DNA of 64,000 bases from Candidatus Micrarchaeia archaeon. Its GTDB lineage: Archaea; Micrarchaeota; Micrarchaeia; Micrarchaeales; CABMGC01. The stretch is taken from the NCBI GenBank assembly GCA_049964835.1, contig JBMFWW010000001.1, positions 3,589 through 67,588 of the forward strand. Direction: 5' to 3'. A model generated the notes under the pieces. It saw only the letters and a program-made list of their open reading frames with translations, had not been told where the DNA came from and ran no database searches. The position numbers were made by a program, and so were the translations under genes. Of this stretch, positions 56,348-64,000 are shown piece by piece; the first letter of the stretch is position 1, and the number at the start of each line of letters is the position of its first letter.

Positions 56348-56941
56348 ATACCAATAAAAGCTATAATTTTTGATTTAGGCGGCGTTGTAATAAATTTCAA
56401 TAACTCTGGTTATTACAAATACCTCTCTGAGGTTAGTGGATTTGATAAAGAAAAAATAGCAAAAATTATAGAAAATAAATACTTACAAGAGTTTGAAAAA
56501 GGCAAAATAAGTATTGATTTTTTTGAAAAACAAATCTCTAAAGAGTTAAAAATTAAAAGAAGTGCGGTAAAATGGAGAGCTTTCTACGAACAAACTGTAA
56601 AGTTTAATTACGATGTTGTCGAGCTAATTCAAGAACTCCATAAAGAGTTTATAATCTCTTTTCTTTCAAACATAGACAAAGTAAGATACAACTATACTAA
56701 AAAAATCCTTGACTTAAACCTTTTTGATTTTAGATTCGTTTCCTGTAATATGGGTATCAGAAAGCCAAATCTCTTAATATACAAAGAAGTGCTCAATATA
56801 CTCAAAGTTATGCCGGAGGAAGCAGTTTTTATAGATGATAGGATAGAAAATGTATTAAGTGCAAAAAGTTTGGGCATAAATGCAATTCAATTTAAAAATA
56901 GGAGAGATTTAGATATTAAACTTTCAAAAATAATAGAATAA
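56348..56941 (+). CDS. HAD-IA (variant 3-like) hydrolase lacking a canonical start codon
   Basis: Uninterrupted frame from 56345 to 56941 encoding all HAD motifs (IIFDLGGV, ISFLSN, GIRKPN, FIDDRIEN). The first ATG/GTG/TTG in frame is at 56750, after motifs I and II. Confidence 0.6.
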   Translation: MPIKAIIFDLGGVVINFNNSGYYKYLSEVSGFDKEKIAKIIENKYLQEFEKGKISIDFFEKQISKELKIKRSAVKWRAFYEQTVKFNYDVVELIQELHKEFIISFLSNIDKVRYNYTKKILDLNLFDFRFVSCNMGIRKPNLLIYKEVLNILKVMPEEAVFIDDRIENVLSAKSLGINAIQFKNRRDLDIKLSKIIE

Positions 56942-56958
56942 AATATTTTGGTGTTTTT

Positions 56959-58410
56959 TTGGATAGTAAAAAAGTAGAAGATGAAAAGGGTATAACCGTC
57001 AAGAAAAGCGAAAATCTTTCAGAGTGGTACACTCAAATAGTAATCAAGGCAGAGTTAGCCGACTACGGTCCTGTTCAAGGTACAGTTGCCATAATGCCTT
57101 ATGCATATGCAATTTGGGAAAAGATACAATCTGAGTTCAATAAAATGATAAAGAGTACTAATCATGTAAATGCTTACTTTCCATTATTCATTCCAGAAAG
57201 CTTCTTTTTAAAAGAATCGGAGCATATGAAGGGCTTTGCTCCAGAACTATTTTGGGTAACAAAAAGCGGTGACAGAGAGCTTGGAGAGAGAGTGGCGGTA
57301 AGGCCTACTTCCGAAACTATAATATATCATTTTATGTCAAAATGGATTAGAAGCTGGAGAGACCTTCCAATGCTATTAAATCAATGGTGTAATGTTGCTA
57401 GGGCAGAAATAAAAGCTACAAGACCCTTCTTGAGATCTAGCGAGTTTCTCTGGCAAGAAGGTCATACTGCTCACGTTACAAAAGAAGAAGCAGAAAAAGA
57501 AGTCTTTCTTATATTAAACTTTTATAAGGAGCTTGCTGAGAAGTATCTAGCCATACCCTCAATAATAGGTAAAAAATCAGAATCAGAAAAGTTTGCAGGA
57601 GCAATATATACAACAACAATAGAGGCAATAATGCCAGATGGCAAAGCGCTTCAATCAGGTACCTCTCATTATTTAGGCGAGAATTTTGCAAAGCACTTCG
57701 GCGTAAGCTATTCTGATAAAGATGGAAATACCAAATCAGTACATACAACTTCTTGGGGAATATCTACAAGATTACTAGGTGCAATAATAATGCTAAACAG
57801 CGATGATAAAGGTTTAATTTTGCCTCCAAAAATAGCACCTATACAAGTAGTTATAGTACCAATCTTATTTTCTGAAGAGGATAATGCTTTAATATTAAAG
57901 CAAAGCGAAGAAATAGAAAAAACATTTTCAAAAAAAGATATATCTATAAAAATAGATAATAGGGAGGGTAGAACACCTGGCTACAAATTTAATTATTGGG
58001 AATTAAAAGGTGTTCCAATAAGAATAGAGATAGGTCCTAAAGATATTAAAGAGAACAGCGTTGTAATAGTTAGGAGAGATACCGGTGAGAAACTTAAGGT
58101 AAAGACAGAAGACGTATTAAAAACATGCAAGAAACTTTTAAATGAAATACAAAAAAATATCCTTAAAAGAAACAAGGAAGTAATGTCAAAATTAATCTTT
58201 ACTGCAAATACTTATGATGAGTTCAAGGAAAAGGTTGCAAAAGGTTTTGTAAAGGTTTCATGGTGCGGAAGTTCGGGATGTGAAGAAAAAATAAAAGAAG
58301 AGACAACAGCTACAACAAGAGCAATTCCATTCAACGAAAACAAAAAGGGTAAATGCATATACTGCCAAAAAGAAACAGAGATACTCGTTTACTTTGCAAG
58401 ATCATACTAA
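56959..58410 (+). CDS. proS: Prolyl-tRNA synthetase, archaeal/eukaryal type
   Basis: Class II motifs (FPLFIP, RPTSE, FLWQEGHTAH, GTSHYLG), an anticodon-binding domain, and a C-terminal Cys cluster with terminal Tyr (…YFARSY). TTG start. Confidence 0.9.
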   Translation: MDSKKVEDEKGITVKKSENLSEWYTQIVIKAELADYGPVQGTVAIMPYAYAIWEKIQSEFNKMIKSTNHVNAYFPLFIPESFFLKESEHMKGFAPELFWVTKSGDRELGERVAVRPTSETIIYHFMSKWIRSWRDLPMLLNQWCNVARAEIKATRPFLRSSEFLWQEGHTAHVTKEEAEKEVFLILNFYKELAEKYLAIPSIIGKKSESEKFAGAIYTTTIEAIMPDGKALQSGTSHYLGENFAKHFGVSYSDKDGNTKSVHTTSWGISTRLLGAIIMLNSDDKGLILPPKIAPIQVVIVPILFSEEDNALILKQSEEIEKTFSKKDISIKIDNREGRTPGYKFNYWELKGVPIRIEIGPKDIKENSVVIVRRDTGEKLKVKTEDVLKTCKKLLNEIQKNILKRNKEVMSKLIFTANTYDEFKEKVAKGFVKVSWCGSSGCEEKIKEETTATTRAIPFNENKKGKCIYCQKETEILVYFARSY

Positions 58411-58456
58411 TGTCAAGATTTAAATATTATACAAAATAAATATATCCTTAATTTAT

Positions 58457-58529
58457 AGCCCCTTCGTCTAGTGGCCAAGGACAGTGGGCTTTGGACCCAC
58501 GAACATCGGTTCGAATCCGATAGGGGCTA
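58457..58529 (+). tRNA. tRNA-Gln(UUG)
   Basis: Acceptor AGCCCCT/AGGGGCT plus A (A1-U72). D-arm GTC-TAGTGGCCAAG-GAC. Anticodon arm GTGGG-CTTTGGA-CCCAC. T-arm ATCGG-TTCGAAT-CCGAT. Confidence 0.9.
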
Positions 58530-58549
58530 CATTTAATTTTTCATCTTTT

Positions 58550-59390
58550 GGTACTGTCTCTAAATACGAAGACAAAAGACAGAGGATTTATTAAAAGATA
58601 TAAATACAAAAGATGTAGTAAGACATTTTGTAAAGATGATGGCTTCAGATGAAAACATTATTCGAAGGAAAAGATCGTAGAAGCCATTGAGTTTTATGTT
58701 GGTGGAGGAAACTCATTGAGGTTTCTTTCAGAGAACCTCGAATTATCGAAAAATACTATTCTCAGATGGATTTTTGAGTATGTGGAATTCCTACCATTAA
58801 AATTAGTTGCACAGGATAGTACTAATATTCCTACATATTCCTAGAAAGATAAAACTGCAAGAAGAGGGATAAGAACAATATCAAAAAGCCGTCAACAAAC
58901 AAATGAACATGTCGAATTTTTTATCGGATTTAAAGTTCATATAATCATTGAATTAGAATATGAAGTTTCATTAACTGTTTCGATAGAACCAAGAAATATT
59001 TATGATAAAAAATTATTCCAAAAACTCTTTAGATTAACACGTGATACATTTGGCTTCAAGTATGGTGCAAAGTACATTGATGATTCTGCTTTTGATTCTA
59101 CAGAGATAAAGGAAGAATTAAGAGGTAATCTCATAATTCCCGTAATTGCAAGAAATTGTAGAAGAGTTAGAACACCAGAGATTTCAAAGGATTGTAATTA
59201 CAGAAAACGATGGGCAATAGAAAGGATTTTTTCAAGATTAAAAGGAGTTTTTGGTCTTTCAAAAATAGATTTGTTGGAATAAATAAGATCGCAATTCATG
59301 TATATTTTGCCTTATTGCATACTTCATGAAATACGTGATGTAATGTGTTTGTATTTGACGAGGTGAATTAATATAAATGTCAAGTCCCTA
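58550..59390 (+). mobile_element. IS5-family-like insertion sequence (about 0.84 kb), inactivated
   Basis: Encodes an HTH (KIVEAIEFYVGGGNSLRFLSENLELSKNTILRWI) and a DDE_Tnp_1-like core (VAQDST, GFKVH, YIDDSAFDS, NYRKRWAIERIFSRLKG). It is flanked by the direct repeat ATCTTTT (58543-58549 and 59391-59397). The terminal inverted repeats are weak (GGTACT.../...AGTCCC). Confidence 0.6.
58636..59282 (+). pseudogene. DDE transposase, disrupted by one frameshift (near 58660-58680) and one in-frame TAG (58842-58844)
   Basis: A single frame from 58653 to 59282 carries the HTH and D, D, E residues but has a TAG at 58842. The likely N-terminus (ATG ATG at about 58636, MMASDENIIRRKRS*) is in another frame. 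No ORF of 60 aa or more with a start codon appears in the track here. Confidence 0.6.
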
Positions 59391-59439
59391 ATCTTTTAAA
59401 AAACTCATATTTTTATACTTTATCTTTTCAATTAGTATT

Positions 59440-61476
59440 ATGAAAGGTCAATCCGCATTAGAGTATTTGATAAGTTACTCTTGGGCAATAATACTAATTG
59501 TAGTAGTTGTTCTTGTATATTATTTATTAACATCAGGCTCTTCTTCTGGTACTTACAGCCCATCATATTGTTATATCTCTAGCGGTTTTCCATGTTATCA
59601 ACTCGTAATAAGTACAAACTCCTTAGGTTCTTCAGCAATTATAATATTTACAAACGAAATAGGCAAACCAATATACTTCACTTCAAACCCCTCATTTTTT
59701 ATAAAGTTTAATCCTACTTCCGGATATGGCTCTGGATTTTGTGTGCCATCAAATGTTCTAGTAGGTACAAAAATAACCTGTGTTGCATTTCTTTCTAACT
59801 ACTTTCCACAAACAGGTTCACAGTTAGAACCACAGTTTTATTTTGATTATAATGAATGTGTAAGTAACAACTGTAATCAAAAAGCCTCACTAATTAAATT
59901 ATCTACTCAAGGTTCCTCAGTAAGTTATGCATATCCTACAAATGTACTACTTCAAGAAGGTGTAATAAGTATACCCCCCGGGGGTATACCTCAAATAATT
60001 ATTCCGGGAGGCCCATCTTCTCCTACTCCAACAATTTCTACAAGTACTTCAACCTCAACGAGTACTTCAACCTCAATGAGTACTTCAACTTCAACAAGTA
60101 CATCAACTTCAAGCACATCAACAAGTACCCTAACTTCATCCTCAAGTACCCTAACTTCATCCTCAAGTACCTCAACAAGTACTTCCTCAGTAATTACTGT
60201 TATAATAACTCCTAGTCCTACTACTCAAATACCAACAAATTACTGGGTAGGTGCAGGAGCTTTAGCAGATCCCTCTCAAGATGCCGGAACCGGAACAAAT
60301 TTTCTTAATTATGCACCACAGGGTGGCGGTTTCAACGCTCAATATTCAAAAGATGTTGCTTCTTGTGTGACTATAGGCCCTGCTTCCCCATCAGAAATGA
60401 ATCCTTTTATTGATTTCTTCGCTTCACCAGCAACAGTAATTCCTCAAGAAGTATCTGCGCAATCAACCTGTTCTTTTATGGGCGGAACAAATTTTGTTTT
60501 TGAAGGATGGGGCTTTAGTAGTTCTAAGTCGACTCCGCCTTCCGGTCCTTCAACTTCGAATACTGTTACCTCATTTATGCTTCCAGGTCCATATGGTGGC
60601 TTAGATACATTAGCAGTCGCATTTTATATACGGCAAGATCCTACCGTTACTTATCAAGAAACTGCACCTTATGGGTGGTTTTGGTGTGGTCCAGGATCGG
60701 GATCCGCTAATGCCGTGTCAACATCATATGGCGGTACGTATGATGGTGGTTCATCTCCTTCATCTAGTGTCCAAGTAGGAAATGACGAGTTCGGTTTTGG
60801 CACAATTAGTTCCACCCTATCCACTACAGAAACATCCGGTGTTACAGAAAGTGGCACAGATTTTTCTAGTTTTCAATATAACCCAAATCCATATCCATTT
60901 TGGTGTATAAACGGTAATGAAGCAATACCATTTATTGGTTGGAGTGGTTCAGGTACAAATTCATACTCTGGCCCAAATAGCAATTTTATACTGAATGACC
61001 TAAAAAACAATGTTGTTGAAACTGCAGAGTGGGGACCAATATACGTGCCTGCGTCTGCCGAAAGTATTAATAACTGTAATTATTTCAAAGATATCCTAGG
61101 CACTGAGGCACCAAATCCACTATTACCATATACTGAAACCTTTCAATATGGTTTGTTCCAAGTAGGAACATCATTTACTGCCTCAGAGCCTTCAAATTGT
61201 AATGTATATTACTTTTATGGTCAGTATGATGGTCCAGGTAAACCTTATATCGCTGATCAATATTATAATAACGGTGTACACTGCTCAAGTTCAAGTACTG
61301 AGAGTGTTATTGCAACACAACAGGAAGTTTCATTGGAATTTGGTGGGTACTCACAATACCCACCGGATCTTATTCCTGGTGAGGCAGGGTATCCGCCAGG
61401 TTTCTGCGGAACTCCAGATGTGCCACCTATAAATACTATGCCTATTTTCCAACCGTTTTATATTCCTCCACCATAA
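59440..61476 (+). CDS. Large protein with class III (archaeal type IV pilin-like) signal peptide, poly-Ser/Thr linker and a Gly/Pro/Tyr-rich C-terminal domain
   Basis: N-terminus MKG|QSALEYLISYSWAIILIVVVVLVYYLL matches the class III signal consensus ([KR]G-Q-x-x-x-E-Y-L plus a hydrophobic helix). The linker is STSTSTSTSTSTSMSTSTSTSTSTSSTSTSTLTSSSSTLTSSSSTSTSTSS. Confidence 0.6.
   Translation: MKGQSALEYLISYSWAIILIVVVVLVYYLLTSGSSSGTYSPSYCYISSGFPCYQLVISTNSLGSSAIIIFTNEIGKPIYFTSNPSFFIKFNPTSGYGSGFCVPSNVLVGTKITCVAFLSNYFPQTGSQLEPQFYFDYNECVSNNCNQKASLIKLSTQGSSVSYAYPTNVLLQEGVISIPPGGIPQIIIPGGPSSPTPTISTSTSTSTSTSTSMSTSTSTSTSTSSTSTSTLTSSSSTLTSSSSTSTSTSSVITVIITPSPTTQIPTNYWVGAGALADPSQDAGTGTNFLNYAPQGGGFNAQYSKDVASCVTIGPASPSEMNPFIDFFASPATVIPQEVSAQSTCSFMGGTNFVFEGWGFSSSKSTPPSGPSTSNTVTSFMLPGPYGGLDTLAVAFYIRQDPTVTYQETAPYGWFWCGPGSGSANAVSTSYGGTYDGGSSPSSSVQVGNDEFGFGTISSTLSTTETSGVTESGTDFSSFQYNPNPYPFWCINGNEAIPFIGWSGSGTNSYSGPNSNFILNDLKNNVVETAEWGPIYVPASAESINNCNYFKDILGTEAPNPLLPYTETFQYGLFQVGTSFTASEPSNCNVYYFYGQYDGPGKPYIADQYYNNGVHCSSSSTESVIATQQEVSLEFGGYSQYPPDLIPGEAGYPPGFCGTPDVPPINTMPIFQPFYIPPP
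60043..60189 (+). repeat. Coding tandem repeats (4 units of about 18 nt, then 2 units of 21 nt) encoding the Ser/Thr linker
   Basis: AGTACTTCAACCTCAACG-like units at 60043, 60061, 60079 and 60097. AGTACCCTAACTTCATCCTCA occurs twice, at 60124 and 60145. Confidence 0.8.
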
Positions 61477-61487
61477 ATATTGATTAA

Positions 61488-62357
61488 ATGAAAACAAAAA
61501 TAAAATATATTTTAACCATCGTAATAATAATCATTATTTTAGTTAGTGCCTTTTTTGTTATAACTTTAGAAAATCAGGTTAAAAATACACAAATAACATC
61601 AACAAGTGTGGCTAATTTTACAAATAACACCACAACAAATAACGTACTTTATGTAACTATTAAAAATTTCACTTACTCTGTCTATTTCAAAAATGTTAAT
61701 TGGTCACAGTACTCAAATTCAACTTGTAATATTTTTAATGCAACTCCACAAAGGCCTATTATTTGTTATAAAGTCAATTCCTCAATTAATACTTCAAGCG
61801 AAAAACTAATATTATTCTTTAAGAACAATTTAAATACCACTTTATATCTTAATACCAACTCAATAATATTACTTAATTTGAACTCTAATAATTTTGCTAG
61901 CTGTGGAACTTTAATAATAGCACCGTTAAGCAATTTTAATTGTACAATAATCTCAAAAAGGAATGGTATATTTCCAAAGATGTCAATAAATAGCAACTTC
62001 CAGATTAGTTATTGCTATTACTCTTGCAATACTACCAACCTCAACTCTTTATTTGGCACATTCAAAACTATAGCAATTCCGTTAGATAATAATACCCCTT
62101 TTAATTACACATATATTGTAGACTTAAATAAGTCTGCAAATTCGTTATTCTCTTATTCTGGAACATTTATAGTTCCAGTAAACCTTACTTTAGAAAACTT
62201 ATCTTCTTTAACTTCTGGTTTCTATATTAAAAATGTAACCCCTCAGTTGCCATTAAACTTTACGGGCGGTGTTGGAAAAATAATACGTATTGCTATTAAA
62301 TTTCCAAATAAATCTTATAATGGTAATTTAGCTATTAAATTAGTATACAATTCCTAA
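61488..62357 (+). CDS. Hypothetical Asn-rich secreted or anchored protein
   Basis: N-terminal signal anchor (ILTIVIIIIILVSAFFVITL), sequon-rich. It lies 11 nt downstream of the pilin-signal protein gene. Confidence 0.4.
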   Translation: MKTKIKYILTIVIIIIILVSAFFVITLENQVKNTQITSTSVANFTNNTTTNNVLYVTIKNFTYSVYFKNVNWSQYSNSTCNIFNATPQRPIICYKVNSSINTSSEKLILFFKNNLNTTLYLNTNSIILLNLNSNNFASCGTLIIAPLSNFNCTIISKRNGIFPKMSINSNFQISYCYYSCNTTNLNSLFGTFKTIAIPLDNNTPFNYTYIVDLNKSANSLFSYSGTFIVPVNLTLENLSSLTSGFYIKNVTPQLPLNFTGGVGKIIRIAIKFPNKSYNGNLAIKLVYNS

Positions 62358-62393
62358 ATTCTACCAAGCAAAAAGATTCCTAATATCTAAAAA

Positions 62394-64000
62394 TTATTTC
62401 AAGTAATACTCATTTTTTCTGGTTTTAAAATCTACTGCCAACTTTTTACCAGTTATCTTATTATAGAACTCTTCTAACTCTTCAACACTTTTAATTTGAT
62501 TTACATTTACGTAGCTCTTACCTTTATACCTCAATAAGAAGTATGAGGGAGTTCCAACAACAAAATCAGATGCTCTATTTTTATTAAAGAAGTAAGGTTC
62601 TGTAACTGTACCAAAATTCTCTGTATAAGGTTTTTTGTACTCATACACTTCATAACCATTTATACGCTTTTCAATTGGTTTTCCTCCATCAAAATAGAGG
62701 CTTTTTGAAAGATTAAAATCAGAACCTTCTTTTCTATGTAAGGCTTTAAACCATTTATCTAATTGCGTTCCATCTACTGGCATTGGTGTCATATAATTGG
62801 TGCCACTAATTTGATAATATCCTATCCCTCTAGGTCCTTCATTGCTTAAAAATGGATTGTTCTTTGTTCCAGTTCTTTCATACGCGTATTTAACATCTTT
62901 TGTCTTGTCGAACTCTACTCCATTTATCTTTTTATAAAATACAGGATCTTGTTTATAAAATCCAATATTTTTAATTGTACTATTTGTTTTAGGATCTTCT
63001 GAAATTAATTCGGAGCCTTCTGAAGTTGACTTTCTAGACCTAACCGGAACAAATCTAATCTGCTCTTCAAGCATATTCTTTTGTTGTTCAAGCGCCATTG
63101 CCGGCATTCGGGTTAAAAAAGCTCGATGATATTCTTTATATTCTGTTATTACATTTGGAAATATCGTAACAAAATTTAGTTCATTATCCCAATTACTAAT
63201 TATCTTTGCTCTCTTGCTATTTTGAAGTAATTTATGTATTTCATTAAATTCTTTTTTTGAATTTATTATAGGTGTTATAAACGATCCCATCATAAAGTAT
63301 CTTCCTTTTTTGAAGAATTTTAAGAATAGATACGGATGTTCAAGGCCTCCATTCTGGTATACTCTAATGGGCGTTCTATTCATACCTATTGAGTACTGAG
63401 CGTAAAAAAATAATTTACCTTTTATTCTTAATGCAGAATATATAAAATTTTTATGTCTTATTTCTGCGTATACTCTATTGTAAATATCTTTCAAATAGGA
63501 CTTACTATCAACTTTACTTGCTGTCATTAGTTTAAGGTTTTTTCCAGCTCCGTTTATATTTTGGAAATAATAATAACCAGGTCCTCTCCATTTAAGATTA
63601 TCTTTCGTTATTTTAAATGGGAATGAACGTGTACCATCACCGTAACCTGGTATATAATTTTTTGTTATTTTTAATAGAACTCCATTATAAACTCTAAAAA
63701 GGCCTCTAATATCATTATTTTTATATTCTACAAATTTTGTTATTTTAAGTCCAGGCAAATTTACTTTTGTATACGCGCCGGCTAAAAAGTATTTTGTAGT
63801 TCTGCCTTTTACATAAGAAAAGTAAGATTCTAAGGGAGCTCTAGGATTAATTCCAGCAAAAGTATAATCTGTTTGATAAATAAACTGTTTAACGAATTCT
63901 TTATTGCTATCTCCGTAAAACTCTGCCGTATTTTTTGTTAATTTATAAAGGGTATTTGCATCAGTTAGAAATTCTTTATAAGTAACTGGCTTTGGTGTTT
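62394..64000 (-). CDS. Hypothetical Tyr/Lys/Asn-rich protein (5' end beyond window)
   Basis: The frame stays open from 63758 to the right window edge (…TPKPVTYKEFLTDANTLYKL…AYTKVNLPGLKITKF…). No TM helix and no recognisable motif. Confidence 0.45.
   Translation of the reverse strand, partial: TPKPVTYKEFLTDANTLYKLTKNTAEFYGDSNKEFVKQFIYQTDYTFAGINPRAPLESYFSYVKGRTTKYFLAGAYTKVNLPGLKITKFVEYKNNDIRGLFRVYNGVLLKITKNYIPGYGDGTRSFPFKITKDNLKWRGPGYYYFQNINGAGKNLKLMTASKVDSKSYLKDIYNRVYAEIRHKNFIYSALRIKGKLFFYAQYSIGMNRTPIRVYQNGGLEHPYLFLKFFKKGRYFMMGSFITPIINSKKEFNEIHKLLQNSKRAKIISNWDNELNFVTIFPNVITEYKEYHRAFLTRMPAMALEQQKNMLEEQIRFVPVRSRKSTSEGSELISEDPKTNSTIKNIGFYKQDPVFYKKINGVEFDKTKDVKYAYERTGTKNNPFLSNEGPRGIGYYQISGTNYMTPMPVDGTQLDKWFKALHRKEGSDFNLSKSLYFDGGKPIEKRINGYEVYEYKKPYTENFGTVTEPYFFNKNRASDFVVGTPSYFLLRYKGKSYVNVNQIKSVEELEEFYNKITGKKLAVDFKTRKNEYYLK

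Noticed and set aside
58842-58844. In-frame TAG in the transposase frame considered as recoding (e.g. pyrrolysine)
   Set aside because: There is no supporting context (no Pyl machinery seen), TAG is used as an ordinary stop in this window (e.g. at 810-812), and the gene has a second lesion. Pseudogenisation is simpler.
60043-60189. Tandem DNA repeats considered as a possible CRISPR or satellite
   Set aside because: The units are contiguous with no spacers, in frame, and encode the Ser/Thr linker of the 678-aa protein.
61202-61432. 76-aa alternative-frame ORF inside the 678-aa gene (and 60669-60857 on the minus strand)
   Set aside because: They are embedded in a longer coherent ORF and have no motif or start context.

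Overview
This is an AT-rich (about 30% GC by eye), very compact archaeal chromosome segment. The archaeal assignment rests on an HMf-type histone, aIF5B, GGGP synthase, ribosomal protein S8e, archaeal-type ProRS, XPD and Hef-type helicases, Rad50 with a zinc hook, and a class III (type IV pilin-like) signal peptide. It also rests on six tRNA genes, four of which carry introns at the canonical 37/38 site. SUF Fe-S machinery, SOD, many Asn/Ser/Thr-rich surface proteins and a broken pyrH fit a small-genome aerobic lineage (DPANN-like or Thermoplasmata-related), but the lineage cannot be decided from this window. I call about 60 CDS. Housekeeping blocks include XPD, a GT2/GT4 glycosylation pair, the histone, a regulator-sufB-sufD-sufC-sufS cluster, S8e, Rad50, FtsZ and TruD. 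Further housekeeping genes are GGGPS, an NFACT-N protein, RNase Z, aIF5B, Ndk, ThrC, a RecJ-like DHH protein, the Hef helicase, SOD and ProRS. These are interleaved with accessory surface-protein islands. The islands hold a 935-aa beta-helix protein, a 1505-aa DUF2341/LamG-like giant, a Cys-rich repeat protein next to a DUF929/VKOR disulfide-forming pair, and a 678-aa pilin-signal protein. No CRISPR array, rRNA or recognisable defence system was seen, and I did not find one clear novel multi-gene system. The most interesting items are: (1) a box C/D-like guide inside the tRNA-Trp intron whose N+5 position falls on C34. (2) A nearly intact but inactivated IS5-like element after tRNA-Gln, plus an inverted-order scar of the same element after tRNA-Thr, each directly upstream of a giant surface-protein gene. 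(3) A tRNA-Thr with a covarying 18/55 elbow pair. (4) A small protein ending in a ribosomal-stalk-like acidic GLGSIFG tail. (5) A histone with a long basic C-terminal tail. (6) A HAD hydrolase gene with no canonical start codon. (7) A twice-frameshifted pyrH.
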